A DNA stretch of 64,000 nucleotides from a virus: positions 5,188-69,187 of the IMG/VR virus record IMGVR_UViG_3300020601_000959; one strand, 5' to 3'. Under the pieces are notes generated by a model that worked only from the letters and a program-made list of their open reading frames with translations, did no database searches and was not told the origin of the DNA. Within the stretch, counting starts at the first letter, position 1. Every line of letters begins with the position of its first letter. A program made the translations under genes and the position numbers. Positions 10,300 through 20,082 of this stretch are shown in pieces.

Positions 10300-10370
10300 C
10301 ACACTTCGGCGGGCTTGACTTTTGTGGTTTATCCTGCTATATATTAATACATACACACAGGAGAATTATT

Positions 10371-10730
10371 ATGAAAAAAGTTAAACCCATTGGTTGGGCA
10401 ACTACAATATCAGAGCTTGTAAAGATTCCACGTGAAATGTGGGACAGTGTAATGACAGTAGAAAAGTCACCACTACGTCACTTAGATCCTATGGTAGGAC
10501 ACATGATCTTCCAGTGTTTATTTTTTATCTGGAGTGGCATCTTTGCCCTAATGGTAGGAAGTTATATGGCGTTTGGAATTAGCGCAGCCTTTCATTTACT
10601 TTTAATTAGTGGTATTACAATTACGGCTGTAACATTCCGCCAAGCAGAACGCAACCCTGATTCATTAAATGAATTGGTAAAGTCAGGTCGTAAATATGAT
10701 GGACGTGCAAATGGTGGTGAGCATGAGTGA
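10371..10730 (+). CDS. Hypothetical membrane protein
   Basis: Two hydrophobic segments; AGGAGA RBS; upstream TTGACT...TATATA promoter. Confidence 0.65.
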   Translation: MKKVKPIGWATTISELVKIPREMWDSVMTVEKSPLRHLDPMVGHMIFQCLFFIWSGIFALMVGSYMAFGISAAFHLLLISGITITAVTFRQAERNPDSLNELVKSGRKYDGRANGGEHE

Positions 10731-10881
10731 GCAAACCAATTATTGTACGACAAAGGGATTGCTACCAGCATTTCTTATTATCATGTTTTTTATCGTAGGA
10801 ATACCTTTCCTTCTTGTTGACAATGCCAAATATTGTAAACAAAGTATTATTCCTTGTTATCCTTGGGTAACACCTGAGTAG
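10723..10881 (+). CDS. Small membrane protein
   Basis: Single TM segment with conserved-looking Cys residues; start approximate. Confidence 0.5.
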   Translation: MSEQTNYCTTKGLLPAFLIIMFFIVGIPFLLVDNAKYCKQSIIPCYPWVTPE

Positions 10882-10883
10882 AG

Positions 10884-11060
10884 ATGTGGGTAGGAAGAGA
10901 TAAAGAAGGCAAACTTATTTGTATGTCTCCACGTAGATCGGAGGCATACGAACTTGCTGAATCTAAAGCTGGCAAGGATAATTTTGTTGTAGAAGAAGCG
11001 TTAGATCAAGCAGAGCTGTTTGAAATCTATCGTTCATATTATGGAACACGGTCAGTATGA
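10884..11060 (+). CDS. Small hypothetical protein (58 aa, absent from ORF track)
   Basis: MWVGRDKEGK...GTRSV fills the gap; stop overlaps next ATG (ATGA). Confidence 0.6.
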   Translation: MWVGRDKEGKLICMSPRRSEAYELAESKAGKDNFVVEEALDQAELFEIYRSYYGTRSV

Positions 11061-11278
11061 CAGATGAAGTTAGAGCTGCCGCACAGGCAGAAGCAGAACG
11101 CACATTTGAACAGTTCATGATGTGGACAAAAAGAGTAACACTATGGAGTATATTCTTTTTGTTAGTTGTCGTTGTTGGTTGTAACAGCGGCGTAGAAACT
11201 GGACCTAACGCAACTGGTTCAGGTTATAATGGGGAACAATATTCTCCATCAAATCTCAATGTAAAGGATAAAAAATGA
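11057..11278 (+). CDS. aa3-type cytochrome c oxidase subunit IV-like protein
   Basis: EAERTFEQFMMW followed by a TM helix resembles the alphaproteobacterial subunit IV pattern (E-x-T-F-x-x-F). Confidence 0.6.
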   Translation: MTDEVRAAAQAEAERTFEQFMMWTKRVTLWSIFFLLVVVVGCNSGVETGPNATGSGYNGEQYSPSNLNVKDKK

Positions 11279-11706
11279 AGTATAGAATCGCAGCAATAGG
11301 CGCATTATTTGCGTTATCGTTTGCTTTACCAACAGGTGTGTTGGCAGCAGATATGACTATTGACATGTTAAACAAACGTGATGACGGTGCTAAGATGGCG
11401 TACAGCGAAGACATCGCACGTATTGATGTAGGCGACACCGTCACATGGGTACCAACATCAAAAGGTCACAATGTTGAGTTTATCGCAGGACCAGATGGTT
11501 GGGAAGCACCAAAGAAATCCAAACTAGGCAAAGAATATGCCTACACATTTGATACACCAGGTGTGTATTTGTATCAGTGTACACCACACAAGTCAATGGG
11601 TATGATTGCCGTTGTGGTTGTGGGTGATGGTGATAACGATATCTCGGGAACTAAAGTACGTGGCAAATCTAAGAAAAAACTTGCTGAGATCTTGGAACAA
11701 CTATGA
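11275..11706 (+). CDS. Pseudoazurin (blue copper protein)
   Basis: Signal peptide; MLNK, GHNVEF, YQCTPHKSMGM type-1 copper ligands. Confidence 0.92.
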   Translation: MKYRIAAIGALFALSFALPTGVLAADMTIDMLNKRDDGAKMAYSEDIARIDVGDTVTWVPTSKGHNVEFIAGPDGWEAPKKSKLGKEYAYTFDTPGVYLYQCTPHKSMGMIAVVVVGDGDNDISGTKVRGKSKKKLAEILEQL

Positions 11707-11726
11707 CATCGACGAGGTAATAGAAC

Positions 11727-11951
11727 TTGAAGTTTTTGATTATAGTAACTATGGCAGTAGCAGATCCGTTTATAGTTCCAATACTAGAGTTTAACTCTAA
11801 AGACGAATGCGTTAAATATGTTATGAATCCTAACAACAGCGACAGACTGGCTGTTGAAGTAATCGCAAAAGCAGGATTTAATGATGAGATAACCGCAGTA
11901 TTATGTTTGCCAGAAAACCAAAAAGTTGTGGAGATACCAGATGAAGCCTAA
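11727..11951 (+). CDS. Small hypothetical, possibly secreted protein
   Basis: Hydrophobic N-terminus, FNSKDEC...C motif. Confidence 0.5.
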   Translation: MKFLIIVTMAVADPFIVPILEFNSKDECVKYVMNPNNSDRLAVEVIAKAGFNDEITAVLCLPENQKVVEIPDEA

Positions 11952-12159
11952 CAAAAAGTTTGATCTCAGTGTGCGAGATATTGAAATTATTGAGCAAGCA
12001 CTAAGAGCCAAAGCAGGGCGCAGAGGAATGGCAATTGCGCAAGGTGAAACATCGCCTCAACTTAGAGAAGAAATGCTCGAGATACAAAAATTACTCGGCA
12101 GATTACACGACCAAAAAGTTTGGTACAAACCAAAAAATAAATTTGTACCAGGTGGATAG
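11941..12159 (+). CDS. Hypothetical protein
   Basis: MKPNKKFDLSVRDIEIIE...LHDQKVWYKPK. Confidence 0.6.
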   Translation: MKPNKKFDLSVRDIEIIEQALRAKAGRRGMAIAQGETSPQLREEMLEIQKLLGRLHDQKVWYKPKNKFVPGG

Positions 12160-12300
12160 TGTTGCTCATTGAACACACTCACCACAAAAGTGTATTAGGA
12201 TTGCTGCGGCGCAGTAACAAGATACATAAATAGAGTGTGGGCCGGAATAGTACTCCGAACCCACTTTTTTTACACATAAAATTTGAAAAGGAAAAATATT

Positions 12301-13086
12301 ATGCGCAAGGTATTTACCACACTAGCAGTGTTTTTAACTGCGGGAACAGCATTTGCTGAAACACCAGCACCAGCACCATCAATTTTGACAGGCGAAGTTG
12401 AAATGAAATTCGCACAAGACGCAAATGATGACTGGGGTGGAACAATGGGTCTAGAACTAGATATCAATGCTACTGGTTTAGCAAACGTTGATTTAGACTT
12501 CAGTGCTACAGATGGCAATGCTGTAACATTAGACAGTTGGACAGTTGGTACAACAGTCAATAGTATTGGAATTGCTATGGGTGACGATAATGGCTTAATG
12601 CCAGACGCCGAAGGTAACCAAACATTAACAGCGCCAACAATGACTGAGTCAGTAGCAATTACAGCAGGCGCGGCATCAGTAGCTGTTGGTTTTACAGACT
12701 GGAACACAGACATTACAGACATTAGTAATGTACAAGGTGCTTATACTTTTGGTGTAGGTAGCTTGAGTGTCACAGCAGCTGGCGACTATAACATGGATTC
12801 AGAAAACACAGTGCTAGGCGCAGGTGTATCTGGACTAGATTTAGGAATGGCTTCAATTGGTGGTGCTATGTCATATGACTTAGACGCCGAAGCAATTGGT
12901 TATGAAGGTACCGCAACAACAGGTGGCCTAACAGCATACTTGAATGGTGATGACACAGACACACTACAAAACGTAGGTGGCGAGTATACATACATGTTAA
13001 GTGGAGCAGAGCTTGAAGCAGGCGTAAACTACAACTTGGACTCAGAAGAGTTCACACCAACTGTAACAGTAGGATTTTCTTTCTAA
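12301..13086 (+). CDS. Porin-like outer-membrane beta-barrel
   Basis: Signal peptide (AFA-E), acidic alternating beta strands, C-terminal VTVGFSF. Confidence 0.75.
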   Translation: MRKVFTTLAVFLTAGTAFAETPAPAPSILTGEVEMKFAQDANDDWGGTMGLELDINATGLANVDLDFSATDGNAVTLDSWTVGTTVNSIGIAMGDDNGLMPDAEGNQTLTAPTMTESVAITAGAASVAVGFTDWNTDITDISNVQGAYTFGVGSLSVTAAGDYNMDSENTVLGAGVSGLDLGMASIGGAMSYDLDAEAIGYEGTATTGGLTAYLNGDDTDTLQNVGGEYTYMLSGAELEAGVNYNLDSEEFTPTVTVGFSF

Positions 13087-13105
13087 GTTACATAAGATAT
13101 TAAAG

Positions 13106-13131
13106 AAGGTCGCCTAGTGCGGCCTTTTTTT
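13106..13131 (+). terminator. Intrinsic terminator after porin
   Basis: AAGGTCGC-CTAGT-GCGGCCTT followed by T tract. Confidence 0.85.
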
Positions 13132-13165
13132 ATGACTAAATATACACATATAATGAGGGTTATAT

Positions 13166-13507
13166 ATGTGGCAAAAAATTAAGAAAAAACTGAATATTGA
13201 TTCCATAGTTGATGTCTCAGTAGACTTATTTTTAATTTTGTTCGATGTGTTAAGTTCACCTATCTTGATTGTTATGAGGCTTTTAAGATGGTTTGTTGGT
13301 AAGTATATGTTAGACGGGTTGAAGAACAAAATAAAAAAATTAATACACTGGACAACAGGTAAACATCCATTACTACAAATATGGGTTTGGACATTAACAA
13401 TATGTGTAGTGGCAGTAATCCTTGTATTGATGTGGCTTTTTGGACAAGCGTTCGGAGAAGTAATAATGGAACTATGGGGCGACCAAGCGTTAAACTTGGA
13501 TGAATAG
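13166..13507 (+). CDS. Hypothetical membrane protein
   Basis: Two hydrophobic segments. Confidence 0.6.
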   Translation: MWQKIKKKLNIDSIVDVSVDLFLILFDVLSSPILIVMRLLRWFVGKYMLDGLKNKIKKLIHWTTGKHPLLQIWVWTLTICVVAVILVLMWLFGQAFGEVIMELWGDQALNLDE

Positions 13508-13523
13508 CAATGAGGGTAATAAC

Positions 13524-14003
13524 ATGCAAAACAACGAATATGACGTGACAGTCATTAAAGTAGTCGACGGAGATACAGTAGATGTAGATATTGATTTAGG
13601 ATTTGGCGTTTGTTTAAAAGACGAACGTGTAAGAATAATGGGTATTGATACACCAGAGTCACGTACTAGCGATAAAGTAGAAGATTTGTTTGGCGAAGCA
13701 GCCAAAGCAAGACTTAAAGAACTTATGAAAGACGGCGGTAAACTAATTACTACTGAAGATAAAAAAGGTGAAGATATGAAAGGCAAGTTTGGTCGTATCT
13801 TAGGAGACTTCAAAGTAAATTACAATGGCGAGATGAAAAGGGTTACTGAGATTATGGAAGCCGAAGGACATTGTGTTCCCTACTTTGGCGGATCAAAAGA
13901 CGATACTCAAGCCGCACACATGGCTAACCGTGAGCGTTTACTTAACGAAGGCATTGTAAGTCGCGAAGACTATGATGCCGCAGTAGCTAAAATGACAAAA
14001 TAA
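13524..14003 (+). CDS. Thermonuclease (SNase-like) family protein
   Basis: VVDGDTVDV, RVRIMGIDTPES, GKFGRILG. Confidence 0.9.
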   Translation: MQNNEYDVTVIKVVDGDTVDVDIDLGFGVCLKDERVRIMGIDTPESRTSDKVEDLFGEAAKARLKELMKDGGKLITTEDKKGEDMKGKFGRILGDFKVNYNGEMKRVTEIMEAEGHCVPYFGGSKDDTQAAHMANRERLLNEGIVSREDYDAAVAKMTK

Positions 14004-14006
14004 AGG

Positions 14007-14034
14007 TTGACATTCGGTAGTATTCTGTTATACT
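14007..14034 (+). promoter_or_regulatory. Sigma70-type early promoter
   Basis: TTGACA-16-TATACT. Confidence 0.65.
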
Positions 14035-14065
14035 GTTTATAGATTAAACAAAATGGAGTACCGTT

Positions 14066-14422
14066 ATGACAATGTCTTTAGTAGGTCCTTACCTCACTAC
14101 AACACGTTATAATCGCAAACAGAAAAAATCTAAAAATAAGAGACTACAGAAGGCACAAGCCGAACACGAGCAGTGGCTTGCGTCTATGGGTGTTGGTAAG
14201 TCAAAGGCACAACACACTAATGAAATACCAGATTACAAAACTAGAGATACAGCACCATTAAGCAACAACATAGCAGGACATGGTCCAGCAAAAGAGTCTA
14301 TGGTTTATTCAGGCGAACGTAGGTTGCTTGGTATTGCTACAATGCACAAGAGTAATATGGTACCAGTATTCGCAGACAAAAAAGAAGATGCTAAAGACAT
14401 CGCTGCGATGCGCAGAAACTAA
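14066..14422 (+). CDS. Conserved hypothetical phage protein
   Basis: IATMHKSNMVPVF motif; GGAG RBS. Confidence 0.65.
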   Translation: MTMSLVGPYLTTTRYNRKQKKSKNKRLQKAQAEHEQWLASMGVGKSKAQHTNEIPDYKTRDTAPLSNNIAGHGPAKESMVYSGERRLLGIATMHKSNMVPVFADKKEDAKDIAAMRRN

Positions 14423-14445
14423 GTAAAACAACAATTGAGGTAGAT

Positions 14446-14928
14446 ATGAAAAAGTTCTTACTAATCGTAGGAGTAATCCTTGGCAGCACAGGAGTGTCAG
14501 CAACCGAAAGTTATTCATTTGATTTGAATAAGTTTCCACAAGAACATTGCTTGGCATTGAATGTGTATTATGAAGCAAGAAGCAGTAATTTAGCAGATAA
14601 ATATGCTGTGGCAGATGTGGTTTTGAATCGTGTGAACGACAGACGTTTTCCAAACACCATCTGTGGAGTAGTCAAAGACGGCTACAAGAAAGGAAGAAGA
14701 GATTGCCAATTTAGCTGGTATTGTGATGGTAAGTCAGATGACCCACAAGACCGAGACCGTTGGATTGAAGCGCAAACCATAGCATGGTCAATCAGCAAAT
14801 GGGACAAGCACAGAGGATTAACCGAAGGTGCTACCAACTATCATGCTACATATGTGAATCCAAGATGGGCTAAAAAGCTACAAATGGTGGGTAGAATAGG
14901 TGCGCATATATTCTACCGATGGGAGTAA
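14446..14928 (+). CDS. Cell wall hydrolase (SleB/Hydrolase_2)
   Basis: CLALNVYYEAR, VVLNRV, CQFSW, GATNYHA, IGAHIFY. Confidence 0.92.
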   Translation: MKKFLLIVGVILGSTGVSATESYSFDLNKFPQEHCLALNVYYEARSSNLADKYAVADVVLNRVNDRRFPNTICGVVKDGYKKGRRDCQFSWYCDGKSDDPQDRDRWIEAQTIAWSISKWDKHRGLTEGATNYHATYVNPRWAKKLQMVGRIGAHIFYRWE

Positions 14929-14942
14929 TTAAATACAATACT

Positions 14943-17156
14943 ATGTTTTTAGGAATACTTGTGCTAATAACGGCGCTGACAATCAGTGCCGTAGCAATAT
15001 ATTACAGCGTTAGTGGTTTAGTCGCAATCTTTGCGGCTGCCGCATTGCCAATCATTATCATGGGCGGCGCTTTGGAAATTGGTAAACTGGTCACGGCAGT
15101 GTGGCTACATTGGTATTGGGATCGTGCCAAGTGGTGGTTGAAAACCTACTTGAGCATCAGTGTCCTAGTGCTGATGTTTATTACCAGCATGGGTATTTTT
15201 GGCTTCCTATCAAAAGCACACATTGAGCAAACCAGTGCTGCCGAAGAAGGCATCGCACAAATCGAGCGCATTGAACAGGAAGTTGTCAGGATTGAAGATC
15301 TTATTCTTAGAGCAGAAACTAGGATACAAGATGCTGAAGCCAGTGTAGGTGAGGGCAATGCTGCCACACAAGCACAAATTGACAAAGAACAAGAAAGGAT
15401 AGACAGTGCTTACATTCGTATTGAGCCTGCTATTGCGGAACAAAATCAAATCATACAAACGCAACTTGAAAGACTCGAAGACCGAGTAGGTGTTTATGAA
15501 GAAGAAATTGAAAGTTTAGACAGCGAACTAGAGCGTCTAAAATCAGTAGTAGCAGACTACAGAACAGAGATGGAAAACACCAGTGTAGCAAGTATCGAAG
15601 CACAGGTAGAACCATACAACAAACAGATAGAACAACTTGATGCTGACCTTGAACGTATTAATAAACAAGCAAATGAATACGAACAGCGCATCACAGACTT
15701 ACAAATAGATACCAGTGCTATAGAAAGTTTAAAAACTAGAGTTGCTGCCATAGAAGAAAACATTGTGGTTGTGACCAATAAACTACAAAGCAACGAGCGT
15801 GAAAAAATCAAAGAAGGACAAGCAGTAATTGGTGTAACCAGTGATGGCTTGTTTGGCGGCAATACAACTAGAGCATACAATGCTTGGTTAGAAGCACAGA
15901 GAGCACGTATAAGCGAGCTACAAGCACAGGAAACAGGCCTACGCACACAAGCACAGTCAACACTAGATGCCGAAAGAGATCGTTTGACTGAGCAGGTAAA
16001 AGATTTGCGTGGCGAACAAACCAACAACATACTACAGCGCAAGCAAAGTCTACTAGATGCTATAGACAGCATTCGTAGTGGCGCAGTAGATGAAGCCAAG
16101 ACACAGAGAGCGACGATACAAAGTAAGATTGATACAATCTTGGACACAGATATTCCTGCTAATAGGAGCGCAAGGCAAACTGCTCAAGAGCAAATCACTG
16201 CCTTGCGTCAAGCAGATGATGCTCGTATCAACGCTGCCAGACAAAGCATAAAAGATCTAAGAGCAGGCGCAGAAGCACAAATTGCTGCCAGCAACGATCT
16301 AATACAGAGATTGCGCAACAGCCTCACAGTAGGCAAAGACGCAGATGTTGAAGCTATCATAGACGCTCAACAAAAAAAGATTGTAGAATTTAATAATACT
16401 ATTGACAGTTTGACTGAAGACAAGTATACTCTACAAGCTGAATATAGAAAACTAGAAGCAGAAGTAGGACCTATCAAATATCTTGCTGAATTTGTATATG
16501 GAGAAACAAACCAAGATATACTAGAAGAGGCAGTGCGTTGGGTTATCATAGTGATAATTTTTGTGTTTGACCCACTCGCCGTGCTACTGCTAATAGCCAG
16601 CCAGGCAACTTTTGAGATGCGTAGTCGCAGCCCTAAGAAGGATGATTTTGCTGACTACGAACGTGCGAGGGCACAGCGTATTCTCGAGAACCCAGGTTGG
16701 CCACCAGAGGACAACAACAATGATAAAAGCAATGATAATATCAATGATGAACATACACAATCCGGAAGCGAAAGTAGACCTAATGAAAACCAATCCACCG
16801 ACGATACCGAAACCAGCGGAGCCAGCGAAACCAACCTTCACAGTGGAGAGGATGAGGCAGATATTACCGTCGATAGAACCCCAGATAATGGAGGAGACTC
16901 TTCCGAAGGATTGGCTGAACGAGAACTAACCAAAGAAGAAAAAAAAAGAGCTGAAGAAATTGCTGAATTAGAAGAAACTGAAGCGTTTAAAGAAGCTAAG
17001 AAAGCATGGAAAGTTGATCATCCAGAACAGAGAATTAAGTACTGGAAAGATCAATATATAAAAGGTAAGGTTACTACCTTGCCATGGTCAGAGTATGTTC
17101 AAAACGATGAACAAGATGAAAACAGTCTTTGGAATAAAATAGGTAAAAATGAGTGA
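14943..17156 (+). CDS. Membrane-anchored long coiled-coil protein
   Basis: N-terminal TM bundle, ~430 aa coiled coil with DGLFGGNT, EVGPIKY...FDPLAV TM, acidic tail. Confidence 0.75.
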   Translation: MFLGILVLITALTISAVAIYYSVSGLVAIFAAAALPIIIMGGALEIGKLVTAVWLHWYWDRAKWWLKTYLSISVLVLMFITSMGIFGFLSKAHIEQTSAAEEGIAQIERIEQEVVRIEDLILRAETRIQDAEASVGEGNAATQAQIDKEQERIDSAYIRIEPAIAEQNQIIQTQLERLEDRVGVYEEEIESLDSELERLKSVVADYRTEMENTSVASIEAQVEPYNKQIEQLDADLERINKQANEYEQRITDLQIDTSAIESLKTRVAAIEENIVVVTNKLQSNEREKIKEGQAVIGVTSDGLFGGNTTRAYNAWLEAQRARISELQAQETGLRTQAQSTLDAERDRLTEQVKDLRGEQTNNILQRKQSLLDAIDSIRSGAVDEAKTQRATIQSKIDTILDTDIPANRSARQTAQEQITALRQADDARINAARQSIKDLRAGAEAQIAASNDLIQRLRNSLTVGKDADVEAIIDAQQKKIVEFNNTIDSLTEDKYTLQAEYRKLEAEVGPIKYLAEFVYGETNQDILEEAVRWVIIVIIFVFDPLAVLLLIASQATFEMRSRSPKKDDFADYERARAQRILENPGWPPEDNNNDKSNDNINDEHTQSGSESRPNENQSTDDTETSGASETNLHSGEDEADITVDRTPDNGGDSSEGLAERELTKEEKKRAEEIAELEETEAFKEAKKAWKVDHPEQRIKYWKDQYIKGKVTTLPWSEYVQNDEQDENSLWNKIGKNE

Positions 17157-17541
17157 TATTACAGTAGTAACACCACCTGATGTTTTTGTTACAGATTTAT
17201 ACAGTATTTTATTAATACATCCTAAACCTGAAATAAAGCAAGAGCTAAGTGCTATTCTTGAAACAGTAAGCACACCAATTGTAATATATATGTATGAAGA
17301 AAATGACACGCTAGAAATACCGTGGCTTTTAGATTCTGTACAAAAAACTGACATGGTGTTTATTGATGTAGATAATTGTGATCCTATCGTAAGAAATCTT
17401 GCTAGTTATATAATTGGCAAAACTAAAACTTTTTACTTGACAAACGACACAAAGACCCCTTATAATATAATTAATCATAACCGTGTATATGATTTTAATT
17501 GGCTTGAAGCCACTATCAAAAGAGGATTAAATGAAATTTAA
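17149..17541 (+). CDS. Hypothetical protein
   Basis: ORF in operon. Confidence 0.6.
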   Translation: MSDITVVTPPDVFVTDLYSILLIHPKPEIKQELSAILETVSTPIVIYMYEENDTLEIPWLLDSVQKTDMVFIDVDNCDPIVRNLASYIIGKTKTFYLTNDTKTPYNIINHNRVYDFNWLEATIKRGLNEI

Positions 17542-17761
17542 AAAACGTGACGACGGACCGCAAGGGTTGCGTGTGGAAGTTAGAGATAACGATATTACAA
17601 AAGCATTACGCAAGTTTAAAAAGAAACTAGCAGATGATGGCTTATTACAAGATTTACGTAAAAGAGAATTTTACGAATCAAAAGGCACCAAAAGGCGCAA
17701 AGCAAAAGAAGCAGCAATCCGCAGATATAAAAGATTAAGAGCCAAACAAGCTGATGTATAA
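17531..17761 (+). CDS. rpsU: Ribosomal protein bS21
   Basis: VEVRDNDITKALRKFKKK...LRKREFYESK..KRRKAKEAAIRR. Confidence 0.9.
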   Translation: MKFKKRDDGPQGLRVEVRDNDITKALRKFKKKLADDGLLQDLRKREFYESKGTKRRKAKEAAIRRYKRLRAKQADV

Positions 17762-18401
17762 ACATCTTTATGCTCTTGGGTGTAGTTGGACTGAAGGCAC
17801 AGATGATAATGATAACAAGGCAGGTTGGGTAGGAAGGCTTGCTGAACAACTTGGTTGTGTAGGATTCACTAACTTTGGTGGCAGTGGCGACAGTAACTGG
17901 CAACAGTATCAAAACTTTATAAAACATATCGAAGCAAATGATGCTATAGCTATTTTTGGTTTGACTGCCTTCAGTAGAACAGTTGGATCTAATGGTAATA
18001 CTATCTATGGTGGAGACTTTGATAAACAATATCTATTAAAGTATTATAACAGTGACTTAATCAAATTCCAAACTCACACATTAATACACAGCTTTCAACA
18101 GCTTTGCCAAATGAATAATATAGATAACTTGACTTTTATTAGTTTTGATGATTTAGATTTGTTAGATAAAGATTATAACTACTTGGACTATAGAAAAATA
18201 ATTACCGATACAACTATGCGAGATTATATTAACGGCAGCAAAAATATAGGCGGTGATGTAAACGATACTAGTAAGCACATAGGCAAACCAAGTACAAAGC
18301 ATAGAGTAAATGTAGAATACTTTAGTAAAGATGGTCATCCAAATGCTAAAGGTTACACAAAATGGGCTGACTATCTATTTAGGAGAATAACATGCGGTTA
18401 G
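17754..18401 (+). CDS. SGNH/GDSL-like hypothetical protein
   Basis: [21 protein letters not shown]. Confidence 0.6.
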   Translation: MYKHLYALGCSWTEGTDDNDNKAGWVGRLAEQLGCVGFTNFGGSGDSNWQQYQNFIKHIEANDAIAIFGLTAFSRTVGSNGNTIYGGDFDKQYLLKYYNSDLIKFQTHTLIHSFQQLCQMNNIDNLTFISFDDLDLLDKDYNYLDYRKIITDTTMRDYINGSKNIGGDVNDTSKHIGKPSTKHRVNVEYFSKDGHPNAKGYTKWADYLFRRITCG

Positions 18402-19480
18402 AAGAAGACATAAAATTAGACTACAAGGATGTACTAATACGTCCAAAGCGTAGTACATTGAAAAGCCGTAGTCAAGTTAGACTTGAACGAAAGTTTAATT
18501 TCCGTAACAGCAAAGCGTATTACGAAGGTGTGCCTATTATGGCTGCTAATATGGATGGCGTAGGTACATTTGAAATGGCAGACAAACTTGCCGAAGGCGG
18601 ATTGTTTACCTGTCTAGTTAAAACATATAGTGTAGAAGATATTGCTAGTTATTTTAATGCTGACATTCCAGAGAGATTAGACAATGTTGCTATGAGTATT
18701 GGTTCAAGTGATACTGACTTTCACAAGCTAGTAGATGTACAAGCAAAAATAGAGCATAAACTTAAATATGTTTGTATGGATATTGCGAATGGTTACAGTG
18801 ATCATTTTGCGGCAAGAGTCCGTAAGGTACGTGATCAATTTCCAGGTTTAACTATTATTGCTGGCAATGTTGTGACAAGAGAAATGACAGAGGAGTTGAT
18901 TCTAAGTGGAGCAGATATTGTTAAAGTGGGCATTGGTCCCGGGTCTGTGTGCACTACTCGCATACAAACTGGTGTTGGATATCCGCAGTTATCGGCAGTT
19001 ATCGAATGTGCAGATGCCGCCCATGGACTTGGGGGTCACATTATTGCTGACGGTGGGTGTACTTGCCCTGGAGATGTCGCTAAAGCCTTTGCTGCCGGCG
19101 CAGATTTTGTTATGCTTGGCGGCATGCTTGCTGGGCATGATGAAGGCGGCGGCGAAGTAATTACTAGAAAGTTTATTACAGATGAATTTCAGGATGATGG
19201 AAGGACTCGAAAGTTTAATGAAAAACATTTTGTACAGTTCTACGGTATGAGTAGTGACGCAGCAAACACCAAACACTTTGGCGGATTAAAAGATTATCGT
19301 AGTAGCGAAGGACGCGAAGTCTTAGTGCCATATAGAGGAAGTGTTGCTCATACAATACAAGATTTATTAGGCGGCATTCGGTCTGCTTGTACATACACAG
19401 GAGCAATGAAACTTAAACAATTAAGTAAGTGCGCTACGTTTGTGAGATGTACACAACAATTTAATAGTGTGTACGCATGA
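18392..19480 (+). CDS. guaC: GMP reductase
   Basis: [48 protein letters not shown]. Confidence 0.96.
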   Translation: MRLEEDIKLDYKDVLIRPKRSTLKSRSQVRLERKFNFRNSKAYYEGVPIMAANMDGVGTFEMADKLAEGGLFTCLVKTYSVEDIASYFNADIPERLDNVAMSIGSSDTDFHKLVDVQAKIEHKLKYVCMDIANGYSDHFAARVRKVRDQFPGLTIIAGNVVTREMTEELILSGADIVKVGIGPGSVCTTRIQTGVGYPQLSAVIECADAAHGLGGHIIADGGCTCPGDVAKAFAAGADFVMLGGMLAGHDEGGGEVITRKFITDEFQDDGRTRKFNEKHFVQFYGMSSDAANTKHFGGLKDYRSSEGREVLVPYRGSVAHTIQDLLGGIRSACTYTGAMKLKQLSKCATFVRCTQQFNSVYA

Positions 19481-19992
19481 TAACAGAAAAGTATCTAAAG
19501 TTATATCAGCAAATGCATAATGATGGATATTTTGCTGGCGATTATGTAAACGAAAGACTATGGGGTACATTTGAAAACTTTTTTATTGAAAGTGAAAGCA
19601 AAACTTTACTAGACTTTGGATGCGGCAAAGGATTGTATTGGAAAAACTATATGTGGCACAGTAATCCTGAGCTTACTTGTTATGATCCAGCATACGAACC
19701 ATTTAGTAAACTACCCGAAGGCAGATTTGATATGATTATGTCAAAAGATTGCCTAGAACATATTCCAATGGAACAACTTGAAGAATGTGTACAATGGTTT
19801 TATAAACACACTAACAAAGTTACTGTACACTATATATGTGAAACTTTGGCAACTAAAAACTTACCAAATGGAGAAAATACTCATTGTACAGTGATGACTG
19901 TTGCTGAGTATGCTGAACTATTTCAAAAATATGCTACACCTGGCATTGAGACTATTTTATTCACTGGTCCAAAAGAAATAGTTAGATTCTAA
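19477..19992 (+). CDS. Class I SAM-dependent methyltransferase
   Basis: [20 protein letters not shown]. Confidence 0.8.
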   Translation: MITEKYLKLYQQMHNDGYFAGDYVNERLWGTFENFFIESESKTLLDFGCGKGLYWKNYMWHSNPELTCYDPAYEPFSKLPEGRFDMIMSKDCLEHIPMEQLEECVQWFYKHTNKVTVHYICETLATKNLPNGENTHCTVMTVAEYAELFQKYATPGIETILFTGPKEIVRF

Positions 19993-19993
19993 C

Positions 19994-20024
19994 TTGACAA
20001 AAGTTGAAAAATATTGTATAAATA
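19994..20024 (+). promoter_or_regulatory. Composite early/late promoter for hsp20
   Basis: TTGACA-17-TATAAATA. Confidence 0.7.
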
Positions 20025-20025
20025 A

Positions 20026-20082
20026 TAATGAGCGCCGAAAGGGCTCATTAACATATCTTGCTTATAAAGGAGAAATGACATG
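20026..20082 (+). promoter_or_regulatory. ROSE-like RNA thermometer
   Basis: 5' hairpin TAATGAGC...GCTCATTA, then TCTTGCT (20056-20062) able to pair with SD AGGAG (20068-20072) of a small heat-shock gene. Confidence 0.7.
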
